NCBI GenBank assembly: GCA_050732575.1
Contig: JBOHRF010000001.1
Location: forward strand, 25,595-89,594
Length of the DNA stretch: 64,000 nt
Reading direction: 5' to 3'
Source: Longimicrobiales bacterium
GTDB lineage: Bacteria > Gemmatimonadota > Gemmatimonadetes > Longimicrobiales > RSA9
The translations under genes were made by a program, and so were the position numbers. The notes below the pieces were generated by a model. That model searched no databases and was not told the origin of the DNA. It saw only the letters and a program-made list of their open reading frames with translations. Of the stretch, positions 8,164-18,494 are shown piece after piece. How positions within the stretch are numbered: the stretch's first letter is position 1; the number at the start of each line of letters is the position of its first letter.

Positions 8164-9699
8164 TCATCCCAATGCGTACTTGGTGGTGACATCGGCGTCG
8201 GCGGGGCCGGCCAGGAGTCGGAATTCGTCCTGACGCATGAGCGGATCATCGCGCAGGTCGACGTTGATCTTGAAGGATTGCTCGAGGTGGCGCAGGAAGC
8301 CGGGCTCTTCTTCCAGGATGAAGAGCGCCACATGCGGGTGCACGCGGACGGTGACTTCTTTTTCCTTTTGCTGGACGGCGGCTCTGCGCACGGCGCGTTC
8401 GATTCTGCGGATCACGGTTTCGGGCCGGAATACGCGGCCCGTGCCGCCGCAGGCCGTGCACGACTCGGTCATCGAGTGGTAAAGCGAGGGGCGCACGCGT
8501 TGGCGCGTCATTTCCACCAGGCCAAGTTCGGAGACCTGGAATGCGCGCGTGCGGGCCCGATCGCGAGACAGATGCTGGCGCAGCTCCTGGAGGACACGCT
8601 CCTGGTTGGCGCGAGTCTCCATGTCGATGAAGTCGCAGACGATGATGCCGCCTATGTCACGCAGACGAAGTTGGCGTGCGACTTCACGAGCGGCATCGAG
8701 ATTGGTCTTGAGAATGGTCTTCTCGGGATCCTTCTTGCCGGTGTAGCGACCGGTATTCACATCAATGGAAACGAGTGCTTCCGTGGGCTCGATGATGATG
8801 TAACCGCCGGAGGGCAACTCGACCCGGCGCTGGAAGGCCTCGCGAATGGAATCTTCGACGCCGTACACGTCGAAGAGGGGCACGGGGTCCGAGTAGAGCT
8901 GCACGCGCTCCATCAGCTCGGGGTCGATGGCGCGCAAGTATTGCCGCACCTCGTTGTGCACATCCTTGTTGTCGATGATGAGCTTGTCCACCTTGTCGGT
9001 GAACACATCGCGGATGATGCCACTGGTGAGCTTGGCCTCGCGATGAATCAGTGACGGTGGCCGCGCCGATTTTGCCTTTTTCTGGATTTTCTTCCAGGTG
9101 CCGTGCAAGGTGTTGAACTCGCGTTCGAACTTCTCACGCGTGAGCTCCTCACCGACCGTACGGATGATGACGCCGCCTGCACCCTCGGGTACTACTTCGC
9201 GCGCAATGCCACGCAGGCGGGAGCGCTCGTCGCGCTCCTGGATCTTGCGGCTGACACCGATGTGACGTGAGCCCGGCATATAGACCAGAAAACGTCCGGG
9301 TAACGAGACGTGCGTGGTGACCCGCGCACCTTTGGTGCTGATGGGCTCCTTGGAGACCTGAACGAGCTTGCGTTCACCCTTCTGAATGAGGTCCTGGATG
9401 GGCGAGTATTTGCGTCGATCGCGCTCATCTTCGTCCTCTTCATCATCGGCGTCATCATCGGCGCCATTGGTCTCGGGCGAAACGTCGGAAGCGTGGAGGA
9501 AGGCGGCTTTCTCGAGGCCAATATCCACAAATGCGGCCTGAATGCCGGGCAGGACTGCCTGGACCGCACCCAGGTAAATATCGCCCACGATCCGCTCCGT
9601 ATCGGCGCGGTCCACCATGAGCTCAACCAGCGTGTCATCTTCCAGAATGGCCACGCGCGTTTCCTGCGGCGTGGCGGATATGAGAATCTCTCGCTTCAT
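8164..9699 (-). CDS. rng: ribonuclease E/G family protein (Rng/CafA-like)
   Basis: 511 aa with an S1 domain (GDIYLGAVQAVLPGIQAAFVDIG) and a catalytic core typical of RNase G. Contains an acidic insert, DDDADDEEDEDERD. Confidence 0.9.
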   Translation of the reverse strand: MKREILISATPQETRVAILEDDTLVELMVDRADTERIVGDIYLGAVQAVLPGIQAAFVDIGLEKAAFLHASDVSPETNGADDDADDEEDEDERDRRKYSPIQDLIQKGERKLVQVSKEPISTKGARVTTHVSLPGRFLVYMPGSRHIGVSRKIQERDERSRLRGIAREVVPEGAGGVIIRTVGEELTREKFEREFNTLHGTWKKIQKKAKSARPPSLIHREAKLTSGIIRDVFTDKVDKLIIDNKDVHNEVRQYLRAIDPELMERVQLYSDPVPLFDVYGVEDSIREAFQRRVELPSGGYIIIEPTEALVSIDVNTGRYTGKKDPEKTILKTNLDAAREVARQLRLRDIGGIIVCDFIDMETRANQERVLQELRQHLSRDRARTRAFQVSELGLVEMTRQRVRPSLYHSMTESCTACGGTGRVFRPETVIRRIERAVRRAAVQQKEKEVTVRVHPHVALFILEEEPGFLRHLEQSFKINVDLRDDPLMRQDEFRLLAGPADADVTTKYALG

Positions 9700-10922
9700 G
9701 CTCCCGGGTCTTCGGGCCTATCAGCGAACAGGCTACGGGCAATGACCATGCGTTGCACTTCGCTGGTGCCCTCTCCGATTTCGCAGATCTTGTTGTCACG
9801 CATCATGCGTTCGACCGCGTACTGCGTACTGTAGCCATGGGCACCGTGCAGCTGGACGGCGCGCGTGGTAATGCGCATTGCGGCTTCGCTAGCGAACAAC
9901 TTGGCCATCGATGCCGCCTGAGTGTAGGGACGTGCTGTCTCTTTGAGCCAGGCGGCGTAATAGATGAGGTGGCGGGCCGCGGCGATCTCGGTCGCCATAT
10001 CGGCCAGCGTAAACTGAATACCCTGAAAATCCTTGAGGGGTCGATCGAACTGGCGGCGACCCTGAGTGTAATTGATGCACGAGTCCAGGGCGCCCTGAGC
10101 CAGTCCCAGGGAAAGCGCGGCCACGCCGATCCGGCCTGCATCCAGCGTCTTCATGAAGTTGATGAAGCCGTCGCCTTCCTGACCCAGACGATTCTCCAGG
10201 GGCACCTCCACATCCTGCAACAGCAACTCTCGAGTATCCGATGCGCGCCAGCCCATCTTGTCTTCTTTCTTGCCCGCCTTCACACCATGCATGAAGGGCT
10301 CGAGCTCGGGCGCATGCCCGATGCCAAGCGAGCGCGTCACTTCCAAGTCGGTGGTGGGCTTGGTGACAATGAAGCTGGTAATGCCGCGCGCTTTCTTCTG
10401 GCGATCGGTGACGGCCGTTACGACGAAGATTTCACCCACGCCCGCATGGGTAATGAAGATCTTGCTGCCGTTCAGGCGATAGCCACCGTTTGAGGGAACG
10501 GCCGTGGTACGGGAAGCACCTGCATCCGATCCAGCGCTGGGCTCGGTGAGCCCAAAGCCACCCAATACCCGGCCGCTGGCCAGGAGCGGAACGTAGCGGC
10601 GCTGTTGCGCATCACTTCCGAAATTCACGATCGGCGAGGTAGCCAGTGTGGAGTGCGCGCTGACTGTAATGGAATGGCTGGCATCGACACGGGCGAGCTC
10701 TTCGATGGTCAGAATGTAGCTGAGGTAGTCCCTTCCCTGACCGCCCAGATCCCTGGGTACATTGACGCCAAACAGGCCGAGCTCGGCCATTTTTTTGACG
10801 TTTTGCCAGGGGAAACAACTATCCAGATCCGCTCGGGTAGCGATGGGCGCAATCTCCGCTTCCGCGAATTCGCGCACCTGGCTGCGAAAGGTCTCGTGTT
10901 CTTTTGTGAGGTAGATCTCCAT
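9696..10922 (-). CDS. acyl-CoA dehydrogenase
   Basis: 408 aa. Has the ACAD C-terminal signature ICEIGEGTSEVQRMVIAR and a GLTEPSAGSD-like motif. Its stop overlaps the rng start (ATGA). Confidence 0.9.
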   Translation of the reverse strand: MEIYLTKEHETFRSQVREFAEAEIAPIATRADLDSCFPWQNVKKMAELGLFGVNVPRDLGGQGRDYLSYILTIEELARVDASHSITVSAHSTLATSPIVNFGSDAQQRRYVPLLASGRVLGGFGLTEPSAGSDAGASRTTAVPSNGGYRLNGSKIFITHAGVGEIFVVTAVTDRQKKARGITSFIVTKPTTDLEVTRSLGIGHAPELEPFMHGVKAGKKEDKMGWRASDTRELLLQDVEVPLENRLGQEGDGFINFMKTLDAGRIGVAALSLGLAQGALDSCINYTQGRRQFDRPLKDFQGIQFTLADMATEIAAARHLIYYAAWLKETARPYTQAASMAKLFASEAAMRITTRAVQLHGAHGYSTQYAVERMMRDNKICEIGEGTSEVQRMVIARSLFADRPEDPGA

Positions 10923-11018
10923 CCCAACCCATCATTCAGGAAACCCGGAAAGCTACCCATCCGTCCAGAGAGTGGGAAGGGCGCTCTACTCAGGCAAAGC
11001 CATCGATCAAGACCGTAA

Positions 11019-12773
11019 TCAGGATTTGCGCCACGTTCGACGGATCCGCCCTATCCCGGGCCAGAGGCGGGCCGTAGACCGGGCCTGGCAGTTGTCGCAA
11101 CCCATACAATGAGGGGCCTCGGGCTGCTCGCCGAAATAACGCAGCAGGAAAGCGCGCCGGCAGCCCGGGTAGGTCGTGTAGCCACGCATACGCTCCAGTC
11201 GGATTTGCTCGCGCCGGCGCTGTTCCTGCACTTCGCGCCAGTCGCTGGCGGTCGGTGCCCGCAGCAGCTGAAAGGCGCTGGCCGAACGATGCGGCTCCCA
11301 TTCGATGAACCGATCATTGGCCAGCAACGTGAGGTCTTGCATCACGGCATCGAAATCGCCGTGGCGGCGTAACTCGCTCCAGCTGAACTCAATACCGGCA
11401 TAAAGGCGGTGAGCGCCCAGCCGGTCGCCGAGTGCCTGCAGCAAGTGAGCGGCCCGCACAGCACGCGCATTGGCGTACGTGAGAGCGCGCTCCAGGGTCA
11501 CGACCAGACGAAGACGCGGTAGGCCGTTGCGGTGCGCCACAATCTCGAGGCAGCCCAAACGACGCAGTGTGGCGAAGGCAGCTTCCGCCTGTCGTGCACT
11601 GCACCCGCTCACGGCGCGCGCTACGGAATCGGCCGTGAGCAGCACATCATCCGCAGCAATGCGTTGGGCCATCGTACGCCACACGTTTTCCAGAAGTGTC
11701 TGAGATGGGTGAGCCTGATCGAGCAGGAACTCGTGAGTGCGATAGTCCTCGCGGCCACAGAGAATGAGGCAATGCGCGGGTTGATTGTCCCGGCCCGCGC
11801 GACCGGCCTCCTGATAGTACGCCTCCAGCGAACCGGGATGGTCATAGTGCACGACCAGGCGCACGTCCGGCTTATCGATCCCCATACCGAACGCATTTGT
11901 GGCCACGACAACACCTGCTGTACCGGCAATGAATTTCTCCTGCAAGCGGTGCCGATCTGCAGGTGACAAGCCAGCGTGATACGCCACCGCGCGAGTGCCG
12001 CGTGCGTTGAGCAAATCACTGAGCGCTTCCACGCGTTTGCGCGTGGACGCATAGGCAATCGAAACGCCATCGTGCCGACCGGGCTTCAGCAGCCGCGCGA
12101 ATTCACGATCCTTCGCCGACTCGTTTTCAGCCGGTTGAACGGCCCAGGAGAGATTGGGCCGGTCAAAGCCGCGGGCAATGATCTGTGGACTGCGCAGCGC
12201 CAGCATGCGCACAATGTCGGAGCGAACTTCAGGCGTAGCCGTAGCGGTCAACGCGATGACCGGGCAGCGCAAATCGCGACGCAGGCGTCCGAGTCGAGCG
12301 TAGCTGGGACGGAAATCTTTGCCCCATTGGGAAACGCAGTGTGCTTCATCGACAGCCAGCATGGATACCGCGAGTTGTCCCAGCTGCTGCTTGAAGGCAG
12401 GGCTGTCGAATCGTTCGGGTGCAAGGTAAAGCAGTTTGACCAGGCCACAGCGCACGGACTCGAGACGGTCGAGGATCTCTTTGGGCTTGAGCGTGGAGTT
12501 GATGAAGGTGGCGGCAATACCACGGCCGCGCAGATTGTCCACCTGGTCTTTCATCAGAGAGATGAGTGGACTGACTACGATGGTCAACCCGGGCAACACT
12601 TGTGATGGGATCTGATAACAGAGGCTCTTGCCACCACCCGTGGGCATGAGCACCAGTGCGTCGCGTCCAGCAAGAACGCACTCGATGGCCGGCTTCTGGC
12701 CGCCCCGGAAATCCGGGTAACCGTAATGCCGCTGCAGGACGGCTCGTGCCTGCTCGAGGAGATCCACGCCCAA
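11019..12773 (-). CDS. recQ: ATP-dependent DNA helicase RecQ
   Basis: [31 protein letters not shown] (Walker A), [10 protein letters not shown] (DEAH) and a C-terminal Zn cluster CMGCDNC. The start codon at 12773 is TTG; GTG 12767 is an alternative. Confidence 0.9.
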   Translation of the reverse strand: MGVDLLEQARAVLQRHYGYPDFRGGQKPAIECVLAGRDALVLMPTGGGKSLCYQIPSQVLPGLTIVVSPLISLMKDQVDNLRGRGIAATFINSTLKPKEILDRLESVRCGLVKLLYLAPERFDSPAFKQQLGQLAVSMLAVDEAHCVSQWGKDFRPSYARLGRLRRDLRCPVIALTATATPEVRSDIVRMLALRSPQIIARGFDRPNLSWAVQPAENESAKDREFARLLKPGRHDGVSIAYASTRKRVEALSDLLNARGTRAVAYHAGLSPADRHRLQEKFIAGTAGVVVATNAFGMGIDKPDVRLVVHYDHPGSLEAYYQEAGRAGRDNQPAHCLILCGREDYRTHEFLLDQAHPSQTLLENVWRTMAQRIAADDVLLTADSVARAVSGCSARQAEAAFATLRRLGCLEIVAHRNGLPRLRLVVTLERALTYANARAVRAAHLLQALGDRLGAHRLYAGIEFSWSELRRHGDFDAVMQDLTLLANDRFIEWEPHRSASAFQLLRAPTASDWREVQEQRRREQIRLERMRGYTTYPGCRRAFLLRYFGEQPEAPHCMGCDNCQARSTARLWPGIGRIRRTWRKS

Positions 12774-12926
12774 CGTTGGCTAACGGCACGGGGCACTACC
12801 ATGGCAGTATCGGCATCCGCGCAAGCAACAGCATAGCGCAGGCTTCGAGCTTAACAGATTTACGGGACGAGCATCAGAACGACCACAACGGGTGCTCGTC
12901 TGTAAGTCGTTATCTGTTCCGCGAAA

Positions 12927-13136
12927 TCACTCTGTGGGCGGTGGCGAACGGTCGCGTCCCAGGAACCGCAGACAGACACCTAGCAGCAACACGCCGATGG
13001 CGACGTTGACGATCCAGCTTTTCTTCATGATGATGCCAGCACTGGCAATAGCGGCGCCCAGGCAGAAAATCGCGATCTTCGCGTTGATGAAGCGGTCCGG
13101 CCCCGTTTTCTTGCGGGACGGCCGGAACAGGCTCAT
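12927..13136 (-). CDS. small hypothetical membrane protein
   Basis: 69 aa from ATG 13136 (TGATG overlap with the upstream crotonase stop). Two hydrophobic helices: IAIFCLGAAIASAGIIM and IVNVAIGVLLLGVCL. Confidence 0.4.
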   Translation of the reverse strand: MSLFRPSRKKTGPDRFINAKIAIFCLGAAIASAGIIMKKSWIVNVAIGVLLLGVCLRFLGRDRSPPPTE

Positions 13137-13918
13137 CAGGACTTCCTCTTTCGACCGGCCAGGAACTGCTGCACACCCTGACGGCAATCCGGTGTCAAAC
13201 GGGCGAGGGTGTTGACTTCGATGCCGCGGCGCACGGCCTGGTCGAACGTGAAGCCGTCGGTATCGTAGAGCAGGCGCTTGATGAGTTGGAGCGCCGATGC
13301 CGAGCGAGTGGCCAACTCATCGGCGAGTGCTTGCACCTCCCGGTCCAGTTCGGCATCCGCAACCACGCGATTGAACAAGCCCAGCCGTTGAGCTTCCAGC
13401 GCCGGAATCACAGTGCCCAGAGTGGTCAACTCAAAGGCAACCTTTTCGCCCACCACGCGCTTGAGCAGGGCCATGACCATGGCCGGTACAAATCCGAGTT
13501 TCACCTCGGTGTAGCTGAGTTTGGCTGAATTCGTAGCGATGACCAAATCGCAAGCGGTGGCCAGGCCTGCTCCACCGGCAAAAACGTTGCCGTGCACGGC
13601 GGCCACGATGGGTCGGGGCAATTGCCGCATGCGGATGAGCAGATTTCCGATGGTAGCCGCATCATCCATGTTGGCAAGCGGATCCGAGGTAGCGGCCATG
13701 CGCTCCAGCTGATCCAGATCCGCGCCCGCGCAGAAGTCCGGGCCGGCGCCGCGCAACACGATCACGCGGATGCCGTCTTCCTGGCTGGCCAGCTCAAACG
13801 CCTCCGCCAGCTCGCGCAGGGTCAGGTCATCGAGTGCGTTACGCTTTTCCGGTCGATTCAGGGTGAGAGTGGCGATGGCGCCATGCACGCCATAGTGAAT
13901 GCGCTGATACTCGCTCAT
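13136..13918 (-). CDS. enoyl-CoA hydratase (methylglutaconyl-CoA hydratase-like, LiuC/AtuE-type)
   Basis: LNRPEKRNALDD, LRGAGPDFCAGADL and HGNVFAGGAGLATACDLVIA. The subtype is suggested only by the neighbouring MccB-like gene. Confidence 0.8.
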   Translation of the reverse strand: MSEYQRIHYGVHGAIATLTLNRPEKRNALDDLTLRELAEAFELASQEDGIRVIVLRGAGPDFCAGADLDQLERMAATSDPLANMDDAATIGNLLIRMRQLPRPIVAAVHGNVFAGGAGLATACDLVIATNSAKLSYTEVKLGFVPAMVMALLKRVVGEKVAFELTTLGTVIPALEAQRLGLFNRVVADAELDREVQALADELATRSASALQLIKRLLYDTDGFTFDQAVRRGIEVNTLARLTPDCRQGVQQFLAGRKRKS

Positions 13919-14250
13919 AGACCCTGCAGCAGATCATCGGGCACGTTGACCTCCATGCGCAGAAGCGCGGTGGAGAAGGTTTTGCCCTGCGCGTCGGTCA
14001 TGAGCGAGACCGTGCCACCGCCGTCCAGCGCTTCATGCAGCAGGAAGTTGAGCGCCCAGATGTTGGGCAGCTCGAAGCGCTCGACCCGTCCCTTCACCAT
14101 GTCGCCGAAGTGTTGCTTCACGCGTTGGGCCGTGATTTCCTTCACAATGATGGGATAGAGCGCGGGCCGGAGCGCGATCACGCCCACATTCACCGTATCG
14201 CCCTTGTCACCAGAGCGGCCGTGCGCAATGCGGACCAGCAGCACTTTCAT
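13915..14250 (-). CDS. small conserved partner of AtuA-like proteins (DUF4387-like, from memory)
   Basis: 111 aa. Translationally coupled on both sides and sits directly downstream of a DUF1446/AtuA-like gene. The family name is recalled, not searched. Confidence 0.55.
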   Translation of the reverse strand: MKVLLVRIAHGRSGDKGDTVNVGVIALRPALYPIIVKEITAQRVKQHFGDMVKGRVERFELPNIWALNFLLHEALDGGGTVSLMTDAQGKTFSTALLRMEVNVPDDLLQGL

Positions 14251-15620
14251 GCGGAAGTGACCTCGACACGCAGATGCGGTTCTATCTCGCGTCGGTCGAT
14301 CAGGGCCGGCCAGTACGCAACGATGTCCTGCACCTTGGGACGGCCACCCGCAAACCCGGTCACGGTAGGCGGGCCGGTCAACACGAGGGGCGCCAACTCG
14401 CGCGTGAACATCTCAATGGGCGGCTTTTGCGCTGCGCGCACGGCAATGCGCAACTCTACTTCGGGCTGGTCGGCGCGCGGTGGACCGGCCAGGTGGCCGT
14501 GGATTGCGTTCCAACCCACGAGCTCGGTACGAATGGCGTCGAACGTTGCGCCCATGCGATCGAGACGCTCGCGCAGCACTCGGTCCGCGAGCTGCGCCTT
14601 GGCCACGGCATCGGGCCAACCATACACGAGCGTGCCCACGGCCTTGTAGCCGGCTTGATACGAGATGGAGACCTTGAGCTTGTCGGTGTTGGGGCGTCCC
14701 TTCACGCCCGTCACCTGCACGCGGTCGGTCCCGACCTCCGCGAGTTGAATGGTAGTGAAATCCGCCACCACGTCGGGCGTGATGTATTCGACTGGGTTAC
14801 CCAGTTCATACAGGATCTGCTCGGCTACCACGGCGCGGGTGATTTTGCCACCGGTCCCGTCATGCTTGGTCACCACGAAACTGCCATCGGCCGATGCTTC
14901 GATGATGGGAAACCCGATATCGGCCAGATCCGTGATATGTTGCCATTCGATCAACGAATTGCCGCCCGATGCCTGGGCGCCGCACTCGTTGATATGGCCT
15001 GCCACGACCCCCGCGGCCAGACGGTCCCAGTCACCGTTGTTCCAGCCAAACGCGTGCACCATGGGCGCGTAGGTCAATGCCGTGTCCGTGGAGCGGCCGG
15101 TGATGACCACAGTTGCGTTGCGCGCCAGCGCCTGAACGATGGGCTGAGCGCCGAGGTAGGCGTTGGCGCTGAGCACACTCGGCAACACGTCCGTGAGCGG
15201 CCTGCCCGTGTCCAGATTGGAGAGTTGGTGTCCACGTTCAATCAATTGCGGGAGACGGAGCAGAATGTCATCGCCGAGTACGACACCAACGCGCACGCTG
15301 TCTTTCAGGCCCGCCTTCCTGGCCTCTGCCAGGACGGCATCACGGCAGGCTTCGATGTTCACGCCGCCGGCATTAGCAATCACCCGTATGTTGCGTTTGA
15401 CGCAGTCGGGCAGAATGTCGGCCATGAGCGGCACGAAGTCACGCGCGTAGCCCTGCGTCGCGTCACGCGACCGCTGCTTTTGCAGAATCGACATGGTGAC
15501 TTCAGCCAGGTAGTCGAGCATCAGATAGTCGATGGGGCCGCGCCGCACCTGGGCCGCAGGTGCGCTGAGCAGATCACCCCAAAAGCCCTGGCCGGCGGCA
15601 ATACGGATAGTCCGCTTCAC
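14247..15620 (-). CDS. acyclic terpene utilisation AtuA-like protein (DUF1446)
   Basis: 457 aa. The N-terminus IRIAAGQGFWGDLLSAPAAQVRRGPIDYLMLDYLAEVTMSIL matches my memory of the DUF1446 family. Confidence 0.75.
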   Translation of the reverse strand: MKRTIRIAAGQGFWGDLLSAPAAQVRRGPIDYLMLDYLAEVTMSILQKQRSRDATQGYARDFVPLMADILPDCVKRNIRVIANAGGVNIEACRDAVLAEARKAGLKDSVRVGVVLGDDILLRLPQLIERGHQLSNLDTGRPLTDVLPSVLSANAYLGAQPIVQALARNATVVITGRSTDTALTYAPMVHAFGWNNGDWDRLAAGVVAGHINECGAQASGGNSLIEWQHITDLADIGFPIIEASADGSFVVTKHDGTGGKITRAVVAEQILYELGNPVEYITPDVVADFTTIQLAEVGTDRVQVTGVKGRPNTDKLKVSISYQAGYKAVGTLVYGWPDAVAKAQLADRVLRERLDRMGATFDAIRTELVGWNAIHGHLAGPPRADQPEVELRIAVRAAQKPPIEMFTRELAPLVLTGPPTVTGFAGGRPKVQDIVAYWPALIDRREIEPHLRVEVTSA

Positions 15621-17260
15621 GGCGCGATTTGCGGCAAAGCGCCAAAGGGTCCAACATGCGGTCCGGCGTTGTGCAACGTGCTGCGCAGCGCCAGAGCCAG
15701 CACTTCCCGCGTGTCCTCGGGTTGGATGACGGCGTCCACGAAACCGCGCGCCGCCGCGTAACGTGCATCGAGCTGCTGCTCGTAGTCGGCGCGCACGGCG
15801 TCTATGCGGCCGCGCAACTCTGCATCCGGCTCACGTTTCTGCTTCTTCAGTTCCTCCAATTGCGGGCCGAACAACGCCATGACGGCACTTTCCCCTTCCA
15901 TCACGCCCATGCGGCCAGTCGGCCAGGTAAAGATGAAGTCGGGATCGAAGCCCTGACCCGCCATAGCGTAATAGCCGGCACCGGATGCGTGATTGATGGT
16001 CAGCACGATCTTGGGCACGGTCGCGGTGGCCATGGCCTCAACGAAACGTGCACCGGCGCGAATAATGCCGCTGTGCTCGGCCTCCGATCCGACCATGAAG
16101 CCACTCACATCCTGGATGAACAGCAAGGGCGTGCGGTGACGGTTCATGGTTTCGATGAAATAGGCCGTTTTCTCCGCGCTCTCCGTGTAGATGATGCCAC
16201 CAAAACGTGGCGGGCCGCCTTTCTTCGGCTTGATCATGCCGCGCGCATTGGTGATGACGCCAACGGCAACCCCCTGTATACGGCCGGTTCCGCAAATCAT
16301 CTCGGGCGCATACCCCGACTGGAATTCGTCCAGGTGGCCTTCGTCGAGCAGGGCTTCCAGCAGCTGGCGCATGTCATAAGGCTGGCGGTGGTCGTCGGGC
16401 AGAATGGTGGCCAGGGAGGAAGCCGGGCGAGCCGGATCCACAACTGCGACCTGCGCGTCTGCAGGCGGATTGTAAGGAAGCTCAGCGATCAGCTCGCGCA
16501 GACGCGCGATGCAGCTGCGGTCGTCGGGCAGCTTGTAGTGGGCAACGCCGCTGATCTCCGTGTGCACGGCCGCGCCACCCAACTCTTCTGCATTGACACT
16601 CTGGCCGGTTGCGCCTTTGACCAGGTTAGGCCCGCCCAGACCCATGAAGCTCGTGTTTTCGACCATGAGAATGACGTCCGATAGCGCGGGCAAGTACGCG
16701 CCTCCGGCAATACACGGTCCCATGACGGCGGCAAGCTGTGGCACGTGGAGAAAACGCCGCATGAGAGAATTGTAGAAGAAGAGACGGCTGGCTCCGTACT
16801 GTCCGGGAAAGACGCCGCCCTGGTAGGGCAGGTTCACGCCCGCGGAATCGACCAGGTAAAGGATGGGCAGGCGCGAGCGCATGGCGATCTCCTGCGCACG
16901 CAGCATCTTGGTAATCGTCTCAGGCCACCACGAACCCGCCTTCACTGTGGCATCGTTGGCGATCACCACCACGGGGCGCTGCTGCACCAGGCCCACGCCC
17001 GTCACTACACCCGCGGCTGGCGCTTGCCCATCGTAGCGATCGTAGGCGACCAACAGGCCAATTTCCAGAAAATGCGCACCGGGATCGAGCAACAACGCAA
17101 TACGCTCGCGCGCGGTGAGCTTACCCTGGGCATGCTGGCGCTCGATCTTTTCGGGCCCACCGCCCTCACGCAGGCGCGCCTCCAGCGCACGCAGTTGTGT
17201 GCTGAGTTCGGTCAGGCGCGAACGTGCACGGGGCGTGCGCGTCTTACTGCTTTGTTGCAT
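15617..17260 (-). CDS. acyl-CoA carboxylase carboxyltransferase (beta) subunit, MccB/AtuC-like
   Basis: [66 protein letters not shown] and LGGAAVH. Start chosen at ATG 17260 (MQQSSKTR...). The track ORF start at 17386 lies inside the upstream gene. Confidence 0.85.
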   Translation of the reverse strand: MQQSSKTRTPRARSRLTELSTQLRALEARLREGGGPEKIERQHAQGKLTARERIALLLDPGAHFLEIGLLVAYDRYDGQAPAAGVVTGVGLVQQRPVVVIANDATVKAGSWWPETITKMLRAQEIAMRSRLPILYLVDSAGVNLPYQGGVFPGQYGASRLFFYNSLMRRFLHVPQLAAVMGPCIAGGAYLPALSDVILMVENTSFMGLGGPNLVKGATGQSVNAEELGGAAVHTEISGVAHYKLPDDRSCIARLRELIAELPYNPPADAQVAVVDPARPASSLATILPDDHRQPYDMRQLLEALLDEGHLDEFQSGYAPEMICGTGRIQGVAVGVITNARGMIKPKKGGPPRFGGIIYTESAEKTAYFIETMNRHRTPLLFIQDVSGFMVGSEAEHSGIIRAGARFVEAMATATVPKIVLTINHASGAGYYAMAGQGFDPDFIFTWPTGRMGVMEGESAVMALFGPQLEELKKQKREPDAELRGRIDAVRADYEQQLDARYAAARGFVDAVIQPEDTREVLALALRSTLHNAGPHVGPFGALPQIAP

Positions 17261-17657
17261 GTCGCTCGAACCAGTCGCGCACGAAGTCGATAGGCGCCGT
17301 GGTTGGTGTGCCGGGTCCGAACAATTTGCCCACACCCAGCGTCTCGAGGGCGGCGATATCCTCCTCGGGCATGATGCCACCGCCAATCACGAGTACGTCA
17401 TCCTTGCCATCCTGGCGCAAGAGTTCGAGGATGCGCGGAAACAACGTCATATGCGCGCCCGAGAGTATGGAAAGAGCGACCACGTCCACGTCTTCCTGTA
17501 CGGCGGCGGCGGCAATCATTTCCGGGGTCTGGTGCAGCCCGGTATAGATCACCTCGAAACCGGCGTCGCGGAAGGCACTGGCAATGACCTTGGCGCCGCG
17601 GTCATGGCCGTCCAGTCCGGGCTTGGCTACCAGAATGCGAATCTTACGTGAGTCCAT
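17244..17657 (-). CDS. B12-binding small subunit of an acyl-CoA mutase (IcmB-like)
   Basis: 137 aa with [20 protein letters not shown] (DxHxxG cobalamin motif) and [10 protein letters not shown]. Confidence 0.9.
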   Translation of the reverse strand: MDSRKIRILVAKPGLDGHDRGAKVIASAFRDAGFEVIYTGLHQTPEMIAAAAVQEDVDVVALSILSGAHMTLFPRILELLRQDGKDDVLVIGGGIMPEEDIAALETLGVGKLFGPGTPTTAPIDFVRDWFERHATKQ

Positions 17658-17711
17658 TGTGCTCGGGTCAGTCGAAAAAGCGTGGATGAGAATGGCGACG
17701 CGGCAACGAAT

Positions 17712-18488
17712 CTAGCAAGCGGAAGCAAGGGCGATCAGGTGTGGTGAGCGTTGCGTGAGTGGTGCACCGTCCCAATCGCCGCAGTAACGAACAGTCGTGA
17801 ACCCGGCTCGGGCCAGCAACAAGTCCACCTCGGTCGCCGTGCGTAGCCGCAAGGCATGGCGTTTTTCGCCATGCTGGGCACCACGCCGCCAGCGCAGGCG
17901 CTCGTAGCTGATGCCGCCCACTGGATCGAAACGACGACGCACACGCACCTCGGTGCCGTCCGGCAGGGTCCAGTGATCCCGCTCGGCGTAGGCACTGATC
18001 ACCTCATCACGGTGCATGCTCTCCAGCAACAACGGCGCACCTGGCCGCAGTACTCGGCGGAGCTCGGCCAGGGCAGCGATATGGTCGGCATCATGCTGGA
18101 AGAGGCCAAGGCTGGTGAAGACGTTGATCACGCCATCAACGCTCGCGCGCGGCAGCGGCAGCGACCGGATATCGCACATGATCCAGCCGTACAGTTGACG
18201 GCCGGCCGGTCGCGCGCGGGCATGGCGTAACAATGGCAAGGACAGATCGGCGCCCACTACATCATAGCCGGCCTCGGCCAGGAGGTGACTGTGACGCCCC
18301 CAGCCGCACGGCACATCCAGGATGCGTGAACCGACGGGCAAGCCCAACAGTTCGATGATGGCCGAGACTTCACCACGGCTTTGTTCTTCCGGAAAGAGGT
18401 CGTGGTGAAGCTGAAAGAAATCTTCGCCGAAGTAAGACTGCCACCAGTTGTCGATCACGATGTCCGACCGCGGCCAAGACGGAGCCAT
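17712..18488 (-). CDS. class I SAM-dependent methyltransferase
   Basis: Motif I RILDVPCGWGRHS. 258 aa. Confidence 0.75.
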   Translation of the reverse strand: MAPSWPRSDIVIDNWWQSYFGEDFFQLHHDLFPEEQSRGEVSAIIELLGLPVGSRILDVPCGWGRHSHLLAEAGYDVVGADLSLPLLRHARARPAGRQLYGWIMCDIRSLPLPRASVDGVINVFTSLGLFQHDADHIAALAELRRVLRPGAPLLLESMHRDEVISAYAERDHWTLPDGTEVRVRRRFDPVGGISYERLRWRRGAQHGEKRHALRLRTATEVDLLLARAGFTTVRYCGDWDGAPLTQRSPHLIALASAC

Positions 18489-18494
18489 GCGGGC

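Noticed and set aside
14274-15761. Long antisense or alternative-frame ORFs throughout the track. Examples: 447-1373(-), 1465-2670(-), 7945-9054(+), 14274-15761(+), 22622-23653(+), 25836-27041(+), 42721-43416(-), 51069-52256(-), 62091-62849(-).
   Set aside because: Each lies opposite or out of frame to a gene with unmistakable family motifs. Their translations are Arg/Ala/Gly/Pro-rich with no recognisable domains. This is the expected stop-codon-poor artefact of a high-GC genome.
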